DNA of 64,000 bases from assembly GCA_963677925.2 (NCBI GenBank), contig CAXXYH010000003.1, positions 1,216,001 through 1,280,000 on the forward strand, given 5' to 3'. The translations under genes were made by a program, and so were the position numbers. Positions within the stretch are counted from its first letter, which is position 1; every line of letters starts with the position of its first letter. This document shows, piece after piece, positions 29,065-39,924 of the stretch. This DNA comes from Spirochaetia bacterium. GTDB lineage: Bacteria > Spirochaetota > Spirochaetia > UBA9216. The notes under the pieces were generated by a model. The model saw only the letters and a list, made by a program, of their open reading frames with translations. It ran no database searches and was not told the DNA's origin.

Positions 29065-30702
29065 CTATCTCCTATTCAAATCAAGCGCATAATTTGCCGC
29101 ATGCTCAAATGTATCAATAAAATGTATTTTTTCTGTGGTTTCAGTTATACCGCTCCGGTTAAGTTCACCAAGTACAGATTCATTAACACCTGAAAAAATA
29201 ACTGTAACACCTGAGTGTCTAAGAACCCTTAAAACTCCCTTTATATTCATAAGTCCTGTCATATCAATAAATGGTACATGTCTCATCCTGATAATAAGTA
29301 TATGACAGTCACAGGCAATTGAACGTATATTCTCTGCGTAGTGTCTTGCCAGACCGAAGAACATCGGTCCGCTTATCTCATAGACACAGATATCTTCAGG
29401 AAGGTCGGAATAGCTGTCTATTATATCCCTGTCCACCTCCGGAGGAATCTTTCCGCTCATATCAGCCATTCTGCGCATAAACAGCATGGATGCCAGAACA
29501 ACACCGACTTCAATTGCCATTGTCAAATCAACCAGTACAGTCAGAATAAATGTCACCAGCAGTATCAGAATATCAGAAGCGGCTCCCCTGAAAACCGAAA
29601 CAAAGGATCTCCATTCACTCATATTATAGGCGACAACTATCAAAATACCGGCAAGCGTGGACATCGGAATTAATTTGGCAAATCGTCCGAGAAAAAGCAT
29701 TATCATCAGCAGAGTCAGAGAATGAATGATACCTGCTATCGGAGTTCGTCCGCCGTTTTTAACGTTGGCTGCTGTACGGGCAATAGCACCTGTAGCAGGG
29801 ATGCCTCCGAAAAACGGGGTTACAATATTGGCAATCCCCTGCGCTATCAGTTCAGTGTTGGAACGGTGATTACCGCTTATCATCCCATCTGAAACAACAG
29901 CCGAAAGCAGCGACTCAATACCTCCAAGCAGCGCAATTGTTATTGCAGGCTGAATATAACGGGTTAAATCACCAGGGCTGAAATGCGGGAGAATAAACGT
30001 CATGCCGGAAGGTATTTCACCGAAAAACGATTCAATAGTAGTCACCGGAAGCCCTAACAGCTGCACTGCCAGGGTTGTAACCACAAGGGCAAATATTGAA
30101 CCCGGAACCTTTGAGGTCAGCTTCTTTGACAGAAGAACAATGAGTATGGTTACAGCGGTAATTATTAACGCATAAGGATTTATTGTGTGAAGCTCTGAGA
30201 TATACAGCTTCCATTTCCCGATAAAATCAGCCGGAACAGATGCAATATCAAGGCCGAGCGCATCCTTTATCTGTGTGGAGAATATTACAAGAGCTATTCC
30301 GCTTGTGAATCCTATTATCAGCGGCTGCGGGATATATTTCAGAAGAGAACCGAATTTTATCAGTCCGAAAATAACAAGAAGAATACCGGCCATTATAGTC
30401 GAAATCATCAGTCCTTCTATTCCGTATTCCATTGCAATGCCGTTTACAATTACAATGAAAGCACCGGTCGGACCGCCTATCTGAACACGGCTGCCGCCGA
30501 GCAGTGAAATAATAAATCCTGCAATGACAGCAGTAATAATTCCTTTTTCGGGAGAAACCCCGGAAGCCACGGCAAAGGCGATCGAAAGAGGCAGTGCAAC
30601 TATTCCGACAACTATGCCGGACATTATATCAGCGCTAATCTGCTGTCTGCTTACCCCCGCCTTGAGTAGTGAAAACAATTTTGGTTTGAATATTTTTTCC
30701 AT
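29065..30702 (-). CDS. SulP family anion permease with STAS domain
   Basis: GIVALPLSIAFA, GGPTGAF, TGAIART; C-terminal STAS. Confidence 0.93.
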   Translation of the reverse strand: MEKIFKPKLFSLLKAGVSRQQISADIMSGIVVGIVALPLSIAFAVASGVSPEKGIITAVIAGFIISLLGGSRVQIGGPTGAFIVIVNGIAMEYGIEGLMISTIMAGILLVIFGLIKFGSLLKYIPQPLIIGFTSGIALVIFSTQIKDALGLDIASVPADFIGKWKLYISELHTINPYALIITAVTILIVLLSKKLTSKVPGSIFALVVTTLAVQLLGLPVTTIESFFGEIPSGMTFILPHFSPGDLTRYIQPAITIALLGGIESLLSAVVSDGMISGNHRSNTELIAQGIANIVTPFFGGIPATGAIARTAANVKNGGRTPIAGIIHSLTLLMIMLFLGRFAKLIPMSTLAGILIVVAYNMSEWRSFVSVFRGAASDILILLVTFILTVLVDLTMAIEVGVVLASMLFMRRMADMSGKIPPEVDRDIIDSYSDLPEDICVYEISGPMFFGLARHYAENIRSIACDCHILIIRMRHVPFIDMTGLMNIKGVLRVLRHSGVTVIFSGVNESVLGELNRSGITETTEKIHFIDTFEHAANYALDLNRR

Positions 30703-30769
30703 ATCTCTCAGAGGATTACCCTATCTGAGAAACAAAATCAATCAGTTTGGCTGTTTTTTCGTCAGAAAA

Positions 30770-31900
30770 TCAACCATCCTGCGAAACTACCATATTTCTG
30801 CCGTGAGTTTTTGCATAATACAGCCTGATATCGGCAGATTTCAGAATTCCCTGAATTGAACCGGTTTCCGAAAAAGCTGCAATCCCGAAGCTGGCAGTAA
30901 GCTGATATTTACCGCAGAACCGGTGTTCTGCAATTATGGTCTTTAATCTCTGAGCAAGCTGTTCAGTACTGTCCAGCGGAGTTTCGGGACAAATAATAAG
31001 AAATTCCTCACCTCCCCATCGCCCGCAGACATCCACTTCCCTGATATGTTTACTAATTATGCCGGCGAATTCCACAAGAACCTTATCACCTGTATCATGA
31101 CCGTAGCTGTCATTAACATCTTTGAATAAGTCAATATCCATCAGTATTACACTGTATTCCTTGTTATACCGTATGGTCTTTCCCGTGACTTCTTTCAGCA
31201 CCTCATCAAGTTTTCTTCTATTATACATTGCTGTAAGACTGTCCCGGATTGACTGCTCAACTAGTACAGCGTTTACTGCTTCTATCTCTTTTTTATGATG
31301 AAAGCCCCGTACAAAACTGCGGTAATTCAGACTGATAAGAATAAAAGCGATCATCCCGTTGGAGATTACATCTGCACTGTAGCTTGATAAAATGATCTCC
31401 GGATGATATACCGGAAGAAGTATCAGAGCCGCAACACTAACTGCTGCATAACATATAAAACCCTGAATGTAATCAAGATAGAAAATTACCGCTATTCCGT
31501 AAAGCGCTGCGATATATATGGTAGGAATTCGTCCAAGATCGGCTTCAATCAGAATAAACCGGTAAAGAGCTATACCCATACCGGAAATAATGAAAAGCTG
31601 GACAAATATCTGTTTGGCAAATATTTTGGCTTTAAGCCCGGTTTTCATAAAAAGAAGACTGAATATCACAAAAAAAGCCATCAATAAAGATGAATATATA
31701 TAAACTGTCTTCATCAGAGATGGAATGTTGCTGACCCTGAAAGCATAAAACAGCTGTTCAACTACCAGAAATGCAGAAATTATGAGAATTCTGAATACAT
31801 TATTTTCAGACTGGTAGGTCCTGAATTCGAGTTTTTCACCGGGCTCAATCGGCTGACCGAATACGCTGATTTTAAGTTTTACAAACGTTTCCATTAACAC
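30770..31900 (-). CDS. Membrane diguanylate cyclase
   Basis: About 6 TM helices; RWGGEEF with RxxD I-site. Confidence 0.92.
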   Translation of the reverse strand: MLMETFVKLKISVFGQPIEPGEKLEFRTYQSENNVFRILIISAFLVVEQLFYAFRVSNIPSLMKTVYIYSSLLMAFFVIFSLLFMKTGLKAKIFAKQIFVQLFIISGMGIALYRFILIEADLGRIPTIYIAALYGIAVIFYLDYIQGFICYAAVSVAALILLPVYHPEIILSSYSADVISNGMIAFILISLNYRSFVRGFHHKKEIEAVNAVLVEQSIRDSLTAMYNRRKLDEVLKEVTGKTIRYNKEYSVILMDIDLFKDVNDSYGHDTGDKVLVEFAGIISKHIREVDVCGRWGGEEFLIICPETPLDSTEQLAQRLKTIIAEHRFCGKYQLTASFGIAAFSETGSIQGILKSADIRLYYAKTHGRNMVVSQDG

Positions 31901-31960
31901 TTCGGAACCATACTAAATCGATTAACCCAAAACTTCAATATGGACACTGTTCAGTTTCTG

Positions 31961-33556
31961 CTAATTATCCTGAATAATGATGTCCCCATCGGTAAAATAT
32001 GCAATTGAATTTTTACCTGAATTTTTTACCTTGTACATTGCTGTATCAGCTTCATTGAGTATCCGATCAAGATTTTCATGATTACCGCCTTCAACAAGGC
32101 TTACACCGATACTTGCTCCAATATTTATCTCATGTCCTTTGATTATGAGTTTCTCATCTATTGCAGTTAGAATTTTTTTTATTACGATATCACACTCTTT
32201 TTCACCGGACACACGGGGAAGAAGCACTATAAATTCATCGCCTCCATACCGTCCTACCGTATCAGAACTGCGAAGGACCGACCTCATTTTATGCCCGATA
32301 TTCTGAAGAAGCAGATCACCTACATCATGGCCAAACTGATCATTGACATTCTTGAATCCGTCAAGATCAATGAAGCAGACGGCAATTTTATAATGATATC
32401 GGTCAGCAAGCTCCAGCTGCCTTGTAATTCTGTCGAAAATCAGATTTCGATTCGGCAAATCTGTCAGGTTGTCATAGAGGGCGGCATGTTCCATTGATTT
32501 ACGGTATTTATTCCGCTGTATTATTATCCTGGATATAAGCAGAGTCCCGACAATATCAAACAATAAAATAATCAGAGCAAGAATGGTATACCGGTATTGA
32601 AAATCTTGGGGTCCCATTCCGAATTCCTCTGCTCTTATAAAGTGAATAAGAAACCAGGAATTTTCTGAGTTATCAATAAAATCAAGCTCCTCATAGGGGT
32701 TTATCTTTAAAGCTGAAACCAGAACCCTATTTTTATAAACCTGATAAAAATCATTATTCTGCATAGACTCCCAGACTTGAGGACATTCAAGGCTGAAAGA
32801 AACTGCCTCCCGATCTGGGAACATGAACCCCCATTCTTTTTCAGGATCATTACGGTAAAGCCAGTCGCCGTTTTCATTAGCCAGAAAAAAACTTCCCGGA
32901 TTATTCAGGGTCAGGTTTTCAAAAATATCAATCAAATTATGCCCCAGAAAATTCAGTACAACAGCGCCCTTCAGTTCACCGTTATGATAGACAGGACTTC
33001 CTATCCGAATCATTGGCTTTAAAGGTTTTTCAATCCTTCCGTTCTCTATATTCAAATCAAACAGTGAGATGTAAACCTGGCCTTCATGAAGTTTAACTGT
33101 CTCTGTAAAATAATACCTGCTATATTTATCCTGCAGCTGTTCTTCTGAAACAAGTACAGGCTTTCCATCAACCAGATTAACACGAACAATTTCCATTCCG
33201 GTTTCATCAATATATCGAACCTGATCAAAGACTCTCTTATTTTCGCTGAAATTAAGCAGATCCTGCTGCAGTTTATTTTTTTCGAGACCTGTTTCAATCA
33301 GGCTGTGCAGTGATGATAAAACAGTCAGAAATTTCACATCGTAGACAAGTTCCTTATAATAATCTGAAACAATTTCTGACTGAGCCTGAAGCAGCCGTTC
33401 AGAATCACGACCTTGCGTATTTATATGTTCTGATCTATGAGAGAGGACAGAGATAGTATATATACCGAAACTTAATACTATTACTGCTGAAAGTGTTTTG
33501 GCGACGATACTTCCTGACGCTAAAGCTTCTTTTAAAATCTTTTTATATTTATGCAT
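31961..33556 (-). CDS. Cache-sensor diguanylate cyclase
   Basis: Periplasmic Cache (DQVRYID, LQDK..RYYF, DLNIE); RYGGDEF. Confidence 0.92.
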   Translation of the reverse strand: MHKYKKILKEALASGSIVAKTLSAVIVLSFGIYTISVLSHRSEHINTQGRDSERLLQAQSEIVSDYYKELVYDVKFLTVLSSLHSLIETGLEKNKLQQDLLNFSENKRVFDQVRYIDETGMEIVRVNLVDGKPVLVSEEQLQDKYSRYYFTETVKLHEGQVYISLFDLNIENGRIEKPLKPMIRIGSPVYHNGELKGAVVLNFLGHNLIDIFENLTLNNPGSFFLANENGDWLYRNDPEKEWGFMFPDREAVSFSLECPQVWESMQNNDFYQVYKNRVLVSALKINPYEELDFIDNSENSWFLIHFIRAEEFGMGPQDFQYRYTILALIILLFDIVGTLLISRIIIQRNKYRKSMEHAALYDNLTDLPNRNLIFDRITRQLELADRYHYKIAVCFIDLDGFKNVNDQFGHDVGDLLLQNIGHKMRSVLRSSDTVGRYGGDEFIVLLPRVSGEKECDIVIKKILTAIDEKLIIKGHEINIGASIGVSLVEGGNHENLDRILNEADTAMYKVKNSGKNSIAYFTDGDIIIQDN

Positions 33557-33619
33557 TTCATTCTAATGATATAGATTTATCCGTATATTTGCAAATTACA
33601 GTCTTATCGTTAACCTATG

Positions 33620-33654
33620 AAAAAGGCTGTCCGGAGATTACTCACGGACAGCCT
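33620..33654 (-). terminator. Terminator of the decarboxylase operon
   Basis: AGGCTGTCCG/CGGACAGCCT stem plus U-tract on the minus strand. Confidence 0.8.
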
Positions 33655-33674
33655 GAATTGAAACCGTTTTTAAA

Positions 33675-34844
33675 CTAATTAAGCGACAACAGAACACCCG
33701 CAGCAATTGCAGAGCCTATAACTCCGGCTACGTTGGGGCCCATTGCGTTCATAAGCAGGAAGTTGCCCGGATCTTCTTTCTGGCCGACCTTCTGTACTAC
33801 CCGCGCAGCCATCGGTACAGCAGATACTCCTGCGGCTCCGATCATCGGATTGATCTTTCCGCCGCTTATCTTGCTCATCAGCTTTCCAAGCATAACTCCG
33901 CCGCCGGTTCCTACTCCGAATGCTATACATCCGAGTACTATAATGAATATCGTCTCAAATGTAAGGAAGTGGTCGGCTGACATCTTTGAACCTACTGATA
34001 TTCCAAGGAATATCGTTACTATGTTGATAAGCTCGTTCTGGGCTGTCTTTGAAAGCCTGTCTACAACTCCGCATTCCTTGAACAGGTTTCCAAGCATAAG
34101 CATTCCGATAAGCGGTGCTGATGCCGGAATAAGCAGGGCTGTAACTATTGTTGTGATTATCGGGAAAAGAATCTTGGTCCGTTTTGAAACAGGCTTCGGA
34201 TCCTCCATCCTGATAAGTCTTTCCTTCTTGGTTGTAAGAGCCTTGATAATAGGCGGCTGTATAATCGGTACAAGCGCCATATACGTATAGGCTGCTACTG
34301 CAATAGGTCCAAGCAGATGCGGTGCAAGCTTAGATGTGAGATATATAGCTGTAGGACCGTCAGCCCCTCCGATTATTGCGATGGAAGAGGCCTCTGCAAA
34401 GTTGAAGCCCAGATCATGCGCAGCAAGAAAGGGGATTGCTCCAAGAGCCTTGGCTCCAAGCAGGGTTATAAATATACCAAGCTGGGCAGCTGCTCCCAGA
34501 AGAAAGGTCTGCGGCTTGCCCAGAAGCGGTCCGAAGTCCGTCATCGCTCCGATTCCCATGAAGATAATCGGCGGGAACAGTCCAAGCTGAACACCCTGAT
34601 AAAAGTAATATATAAGTCCGCCGGCCTGGTCTCCGATTGGTCCTTCCAAAAGCCCTGTAAGCGGAAGGTTTACCAGTATTGCTCCGAATCCTATCGGGAT
34701 AAGCAGCAGCGGCTCATAACCCTTTGCTATTGCAAGGTAAACAAGCAGACAGCCGATTGCAATCATTACCAGGTTCTGCCAGGTGATTGCCGTGAAGGCG
34801 GTGCTGCTTAGAAATCTTAATATTAGATCTACGAAATTCACCAA
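33675..34844 (-). CDS. Na+-translocating decarboxylase beta subunit (OadB/MmdB/MadB family)
   Basis: [29 protein letters not shown] and [12 protein letters not shown]. Confidence 0.95.
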   Translation of the reverse strand: MVNFVDLILRFLSSTAFTAITWQNLVMIAIGCLLVYLAIAKGYEPLLLIPIGFGAILVNLPLTGLLEGPIGDQAGGLIYYFYQGVQLGLFPPIIFMGIGAMTDFGPLLGKPQTFLLGAAAQLGIFITLLGAKALGAIPFLAAHDLGFNFAEASSIAIIGGADGPTAIYLTSKLAPHLLGPIAVAAYTYMALVPIIQPPIIKALTTKKERLIRMEDPKPVSKRTKILFPIITTIVTALLIPASAPLIGMLMLGNLFKECGVVDRLSKTAQNELINIVTIFLGISVGSKMSADHFLTFETIFIIVLGCIAFGVGTGGGVMLGKLMSKISGGKINPMIGAAGVSAVPMAARVVQKVGQKEDPGNFLLMNAMGPNVAGVIGSAIAAGVLLSLN

Positions 34845-34853
34845 ATCCCTCCG

Positions 34854-35330
34854 TTAGCCGATGTCTACAAGCGGCTGTCCTTCGGTTACGTTTGTACCCG
34901 GAGTTACATGGATGGCGTTTACTGTACCGGCGTTGCTTGCAAATACTTCAATGTCCATCTTCATTGCTTCCATTATCAGAAGAAGATCTCCCTTGGCTAC
35001 GCTTGCGCCCTGGGCTACCTTGATTTCCTTGATTGTTCCTGTTATTGCAGCCTTCTCGGTTCCGGCTCCGGCTGCTACAGGGGCGGCGGCTGGTGCCGGC
35101 GCGGCGGCTGCGGGAGAGGGTGCTACAGCTGCCGGTGCAGGCGCTGCCGGTGCAGCAGGAGCTGCAGGCGCAGCGGGCGCTGCTACAGGAGCTGCTGTTG
35201 CTCCTGCAGGGGTTGCAAGGCTTACAAGGTAACTATCGCCTTCATGCTCAATTGTAAGGACATTTCCGTTTCTTGTTACGTTTATGTCGTAAAGGGTTCC
35301 TTCATATTCAAACTTAATATTCTTGCTCAT
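34854..35330 (-). CDS. Biotin carboxyl carrier subunit (MmdC/MadF-like)
   Basis: Ala/Pro linker and EAMKM biotinylation motif. Confidence 0.93.
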   Translation of the reverse strand: MSKNIKFEYEGTLYDINVTRNGNVLTIEHEGDSYLVSLATPAGATAAPVAAPAAPAAPAAPAAPAPAAVAPSPAAAAPAPAAAPVAAGAGTEKAAITGTIKEIKVAQGASVAKGDLLLIMEAMKMDIEVFASNAGTVNAIHVTPGTNVTEGQPLVDIG

Positions 35331-35335
35331 AACTC

Positions 35336-35722
35336 TTATACTCCTGGTGCTTTTCTTGTGATTTTATTGTTTGCGACCCACGGGTCATACTTTGCTGCTC
35401 CCGCTGAACTCCATCCTGAAGCCTTTGGGGCATTCTGCTCATCTTCCTCAGCTGCCAGAAACGCTGATACCGCAGCCGAAAGCCATTTCGCGTTATCGGC
35501 CATTGTAGCAGTTGCTGCTGCAACTATTACTGGCAGGGGCAGGCCGCCGCTCTTCTTTGCTGAAGATGTCCCGGCAGATTTCGGCGCTTTGCTTTTGGCT
35601 GTATCACCGTCTGCAAATTTCTTTATCAGAACCATCAGCAGACTCAGAAGGACCAACAGTGTAAACACTATCAGTATTCCAAGTATTGATGTCATAACAC
35701 TGTAAATAAATTCTTCCTGCAT
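35336..35722 (-). CDS. OadG/MmdD-like membrane anchor subunit
   Basis: N-terminal TM GILIVFTLLVLL, AAVSAF and a late W..AG motif; operon position. Confidence 0.8.
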   Translation of the reverse strand: MQEEFIYSVMTSILGILIVFTLLVLLSLLMVLIKKFADGDTAKSKAPKSAGTSSAKKSGGLPLPVIVAAATATMADNAKWLSAAVSAFLAAEEDEQNAPKASGWSSAGAAKYDPWVANNKITRKAPGV

Positions 35723-35737
35723 AAAACTCTCCGCCTC

Positions 35738-37288
35738 CTACAGTGGTATATTGCCGTGTTTCTTGGCAGGTCTGTCTTCACGCTTTTTGATGTTGATTTC
35801 AAGCGCTCTGATGAGTTCTGCACGGGTGTATTCGGGGTCGATTATGTCATCTACAAGACCTAGGCCTGCGGCTACGTAGGGGTTCATGAACTCTGTCTGG
35901 AACTCTGCTATCTTTTCCTGTCTCTTTGCTTCAGGATCCGATGCTGAGTTGATGTCCTTTCTGAATATGATGTTTGCTGCGCCCTCTGCTCCCATTACTG
36001 CTATTTCTGCTGTCGGGTATGCAAGGACTCTGTCATATCCAAGAGACTTGGATGACATTGCTATCATTGAACCGCCGTAGGACTTTCTCATAATCAGTGA
36101 AATCTTGGGCACTGTCGCCTCTGCTATTGCGTAGAGGATCTTTGCTCCGTGTCTGATGATTCCGCCGTGCTCCTGGGCAACGCCGGGAAGGTAGCCGGGG
36201 ACATCAACAAGTGTGATTACCGGAATATTGAAAGCATCACAGAAGCGGATGAACCTTGCTCCCTTATCTGATGAGTTGATATCAAGTGAGGCAGCCATGA
36301 ACTTGGGCTGGTTTGCAAAGATACCTACAGTGCGGCCGTTGAGTTTTGCAAAACCTACTACTACGCTTTTTGCGAAGTCTTCCTGTACTTCAAGAAATGA
36401 ACCTGCGTCAAAGGCGCTTCCGATTATGTCGCGTACATCGTAGGGCTTTCTTGCCTCTTCGGGGATGATCGACATGATTTCGGGTGTGGTTCTTTCAAGT
36501 GAATCTGTACAGGCACTTACCGGCGGCTGCTCTGTGTTGTTTGAAGGCAGGTAGTCCATAAGTCTTCTGATGAAATCAAAACATTCCTGCTCGGATGAAA
36601 AACGGAAGTGGGCGACTCCGCTTTTTGCACAGTGAGCTGATGCTCCGCCGAGGTCTTCGTGGCTGATTACCTCACCGGTTACTGTCTTTATTACATCCGG
36701 ACCGGTGATGTACATGTGACTTGAACCGTCTACCATGAATATGAAGTCGGTGATGGCCGGTGAGTAAACTGCACCTCCGGCACAGGGACCGAGTATTACT
36801 GAAAACTGGGGGATAACTCCTGATGAAAGGGTGTTATTCCTGAAAATTTTGGCGTATCCGTTGAGTGAGAGTATTCCCTCCTGGATTCTTGCTCCGCCTG
36901 AATCGTTGACCTGGATAAACGGTGAACCGTTTTTTAGTGCAAGGCTCTGGGCCTCTGCAATCTTTTCGGCATGCATTTCTCCAAGTGAACCGCCGAGAAC
37001 GGTAAAATCCTGGGCTGACAGGAATACCTGCTTGCCGTTCATCTTGCCTGTTCCGGTTACGACTCCGTCGCCGGCAAACTTGTTTTTATCCATGCCGAAC
37101 TGACTGGTGCGGGTCTGGATGTATGCCTGGCTTTCAACGAAACTTCCCTCATCCAGAAGTCCGGTGATCCTTTCTCTGGCGGTAAATTTCCCTTTATCAT
37201 GCTGGGCTTTGATTCTGGCGTCGCCGCCGCCCTTCTGCATTTTTGCTCTGAAGTCTTTAAACTCCTGAAGCCGCTCATTGTTATTCAT
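35738..37288 (-). CDS. Acyl-CoA carboxyltransferase (MmdA/PccB-type alpha subunit)
   Basis: QDFTVLGGSLG, DSGGARIQEG, GPCAGGAVYSPA and KKHGNIPL. Confidence 0.95.
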   Translation of the reverse strand: MNNNERLQEFKDFRAKMQKGGGDARIKAQHDKGKFTARERITGLLDEGSFVESQAYIQTRTSQFGMDKNKFAGDGVVTGTGKMNGKQVFLSAQDFTVLGGSLGEMHAEKIAEAQSLALKNGSPFIQVNDSGGARIQEGILSLNGYAKIFRNNTLSSGVIPQFSVILGPCAGGAVYSPAITDFIFMVDGSSHMYITGPDVIKTVTGEVISHEDLGGASAHCAKSGVAHFRFSSEQECFDFIRRLMDYLPSNNTEQPPVSACTDSLERTTPEIMSIIPEEARKPYDVRDIIGSAFDAGSFLEVQEDFAKSVVVGFAKLNGRTVGIFANQPKFMAASLDINSSDKGARFIRFCDAFNIPVITLVDVPGYLPGVAQEHGGIIRHGAKILYAIAEATVPKISLIMRKSYGGSMIAMSSKSLGYDRVLAYPTAEIAVMGAEGAANIIFRKDINSASDPEAKRQEKIAEFQTEFMNPYVAAGLGLVDDIIDPEYTRAELIRALEINIKKREDRPAKKHGNIPL

Positions 37289-37349
37289 TCTAAGCTCCTG
37301 AATTTCCCAAAAAATTGTGAAAGAATGTAATTTAATTCTTAATACTCAA

Positions 37350-37377
37350 ATTATCCGTAATATAGATTACGGATAAT
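37350..37377. terminator. Hairpin between madM and the carboxyltransferase gene
   Basis: ATTATCCGTAAT-ATAG-ATTACGGATAAT perfect 12-bp stem; weak U-tract. Confidence 0.55.
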
Positions 37378-37404
37378 CAGATTTCCATTTATATACTAAA
37401 CTTA

Positions 37405-38166
37405 CTAGAAAATAGCGTTAACTATCAGATACCCTACTGAAGGACAAAGAAGTGTTCCAAGTCCTGTATAGAAAGTTGCAGTCATTGCACCGTAGGGAAC
37501 AAGCTTGATATCGGTAGCCGCAAGTCCGCCTGCAACACCGCTGGTTGTTCCGATAATTCCGCCGTATACCATTGCTGTAGTCGGGTTATCAAGACCGATC
37601 TTCTTGGCAATGAGCGGTGTCATAATCATTGTAAGAACAGACTTAACAACACCTGCTGCAACAGACAGGGCAACAACCGAAGAACTGACGCCCAGGGCAT
37701 CACCTGTAACAGGACCTACAATGAAGGTAACTGTACCTGCACCGATTGTTGTGAGTTCTTTAGGATCAACAAAGCCGAGTATACGGGCAATTATGACTCC
37801 TACTACGAATGAGAATATTACTCCTATAAAGAGCGATACAACGCCTGCCAATCCTGCTTTTTTAAGATTCTCCATCTTAACACCATATGCTGTTGATACA
37901 ATGGTGTAGTCTCTGAGGGCACTTCCTCCAAGTATGAGAAAACCTGCAAAAAGAGGCAGATCAGCAAGACCTTTTTTTCCGCCGGTGAATTTACCGGCAA
38001 CATATGCAAGAATAAGGGCAAGTATGATTGCAAAAGCAGATCCCATCTTTCCCTGTTTGATCATTTTTGCTACATAGTAAGCAAGAAGCATCGCAAGAGC
38101 GACAAAACCGAAAGCGAGGACAAGGTGATCACGTCCCATGATACTGTTCATTATTTTTGCAATCAT
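37405..38166 (-). CDS. madM: Malonate transporter subunit MadM
   Basis: GGKKGLAD, LRD..IVSTAYG, GTTSGVAGGLAATD and YGAMTATFYTGLG. Confidence 0.92.
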   Translation of the reverse strand: MIAKIMNSIMGRDHLVLAFGFVALAMLLAYYVAKMIKQGKMGSAFAIILALILAYVAGKFTGGKKGLADLPLFAGFLILGGSALRDYTIVSTAYGVKMENLKKAGLAGVVSLFIGVIFSFVVGVIIARILGFVDPKELTTIGAGTVTFIVGPVTGDALGVSSSVVALSVAAGVVKSVLTMIMTPLIAKKIGLDNPTTAMVYGGIIGTTSGVAGGLAATDIKLVPYGAMTATFYTGLGTLLCPSVGYLIVNAIF

Positions 38167-38540
38167 ACTTCTTCTCCTTTATCTTTACCAAGTTTGGCTA
38201 CTAATGGTACAAGAAACAGTGAAGCTATAGTTGCAATGCCTCCGGCCAGAAATGCAACCGCACCGCCGTCAACTGCAGCTACAACATTCTGGGATGCTGC
38301 CATAGCAACAACAACCGGAATGTAGATAGAACTCAGAAAAAGTATTCCGTTTTCAGTTTTTGGACTGAAACCGCCCTTTTTTGATTTTTGAACTCTTGCA
38401 GTAACAATAACCAGAAGAAGCATTGCTATACCTACACCGCCGACATTACCCCCGATGCCGATTACCGCACCAAGAATTCTGCCGATGAAATTTCCGACAA
38501 AGTAACAGGCTGCTACTATTCCAAGGCCGTATATTTCCAT
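38163..38540 (-). CDS. madL: Malonate transporter subunit MadL
   Basis: IYG, NVGGVGIAML and YIPVVVAMAASQNV; overlaps the madM start. Confidence 0.92.
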   Translation of the reverse strand: MEIYGLGIVAACYFVGNFIGRILGAVIGIGGNVGGVGIAMLLLVIVTARVQKSKKGGFSPKTENGILFLSSIYIPVVVAMAASQNVVAAVDGGAVAFLAGGIATIASLFLVPLVAKLGKDKGEEV

Positions 38541-38579
38541 ATCCTTTTCTCCTTAAACTTAAATTTGGTTTTAATAGTT

Positions 38580-39803
38580 TTATTTTTTGTCGAAGACAAC
38601 TCCGCTGTTCAGCAGTTCTTCAACTTTTTCTTTTGAATATCCGAGTTCATTCTGCAGATATTCAATTGTGTGCTCCCCAAGTCCGGGAGCCGGTGTTCTG
38701 ACTGTACCGGGAGTTTCCGTCATTTTAAACGGAGATCCGGCCATAGTTACTTTACCAACTCCGGGCTGTTCAACATCAACTATCATTTCGCGGTAAAGCA
38801 GGTTCGGGTCTTTTACAACCTTATCAATTGTGTTCAATGGTGAATACGGCAGGCCGTTTTCATCAAGAAGCTTGATCCATTCTTCGGATGTCTTCTTTTT
38901 CATTTCAACATCCAGAATTCTGACCAGTTCATCTCGGTTCTGTGTTCTGAGAGGATTAGTTTTGAAAAGTTCATGATCAGTCAGATCTTCTCTTTCAATA
39001 AGTGTACAGAATTTCTTCCAGAGAGAATCATTACCGATAGGTGTTATAACCCAGCTGCCGTCACTTGTTTCAAATGCCTGAAACGGAGTTATGGTCGGGT
39101 GAGCACTTCCGAGAGGTACGGGAATTTCACCTTTGGCAGTGTATCTGACAATTGCATTCTCAAGAATGTACACAAGACCGTCTACCATGGAAATATCTAT
39201 ATGCTGTCCTTCGCCGGTTCGGTTTTTATGCTGCAGAGCTGCAAGAATGCCGATCGCACCCTGATGCCCTGCAACTACATCACCTACAGACGAGCCTACA
39301 CGTACCGGAGCTCCGCCGAGGGGTCCTGTGATACTCATCAAACCGCTGAATCCCTGTGCAACCATGTCGTATGCCGGACGGGTTGCATACTCGGGAAGAG
39401 CATCATGTCCGAATCCGCAGATTGAGCAATAAATAATTCCGGGATTTATTTTTTTTAATTCTTCAAATGAGAAACCAAGTTTTCTCATGGTTGTCGGACG
39501 GTAGTTTTCAACTACGATATCCGCATCCTTAATCATGTCCGTCAGCAGAGCCTTACCTTCATCTTTTTTAAGATCAACACAAATACTCTTTTTATTTCTG
39601 TTAATACTGATGAAGTAGCCGCTCTGCTTACCGTCGCCTTCCTGTTCATCGATAAAGGGTCCGAAAGCCCTTGAATCATCACCGATAGGGGGTTCAACTT
39701 TTACAACATCAGCCCCCATATCTGCCAGAATCATCGTGCAGAACGGAGCAGCAAGTACATGACTAAGATCGACTATTTTAATTCCTTCCAATGCCTTTTT
39801 CAT
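38580..39803 (-). CDS. Family III CoA-transferase (CaiB/BaiF)
   Basis: AAPFCTMILADMGADVVKVE, NRNKKS, ENYRP, catalytic Asp (SVGD) and APGLGEHT. Confidence 0.93.
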   Translation of the reverse strand: MKKALEGIKIVDLSHVLAAPFCTMILADMGADVVKVEPPIGDDSRAFGPFIDEQEGDGKQSGYFISINRNKKSICVDLKKDEGKALLTDMIKDADIVVENYRPTTMRKLGFSFEELKKINPGIIYCSICGFGHDALPEYATRPAYDMVAQGFSGLMSITGPLGGAPVRVGSSVGDVVAGHQGAIGILAALQHKNRTGEGQHIDISMVDGLVYILENAIVRYTAKGEIPVPLGSAHPTITPFQAFETSDGSWVITPIGNDSLWKKFCTLIEREDLTDHELFKTNPLRTQNRDELVRILDVEMKKKTSEEWIKLLDENGLPYSPLNTIDKVVKDPNLLYREMIVDVEQPGVGKVTMAGSPFKMTETPGTVRTPAPGLGEHTIEYLQNELGYSKEKVEELLNSGVVFDKK

Positions 39804-39924
39804 AAAGGCCTCCTGTGATTTTTGTTTTCACAAAATCACTTGATCACTAATAAATTGAATTAAACACACTCTTTCACAATGTTATTTTCTTGAAACCTCC
39901 AGGGGCTCTCTTTTTTTTATGAGC

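Noticed and set aside
35070-35215. GC-rich quasi-tandem repeats (GCTGCxGG)
   Set aside because: They encode the normal Ala/Pro linker of the biotin carrier protein
33733-35705. Long antisense ORFs across the decarboxylase operon (and similar ones elsewhere)
   Set aside because: Typical shadow frames opposite well-supported genes
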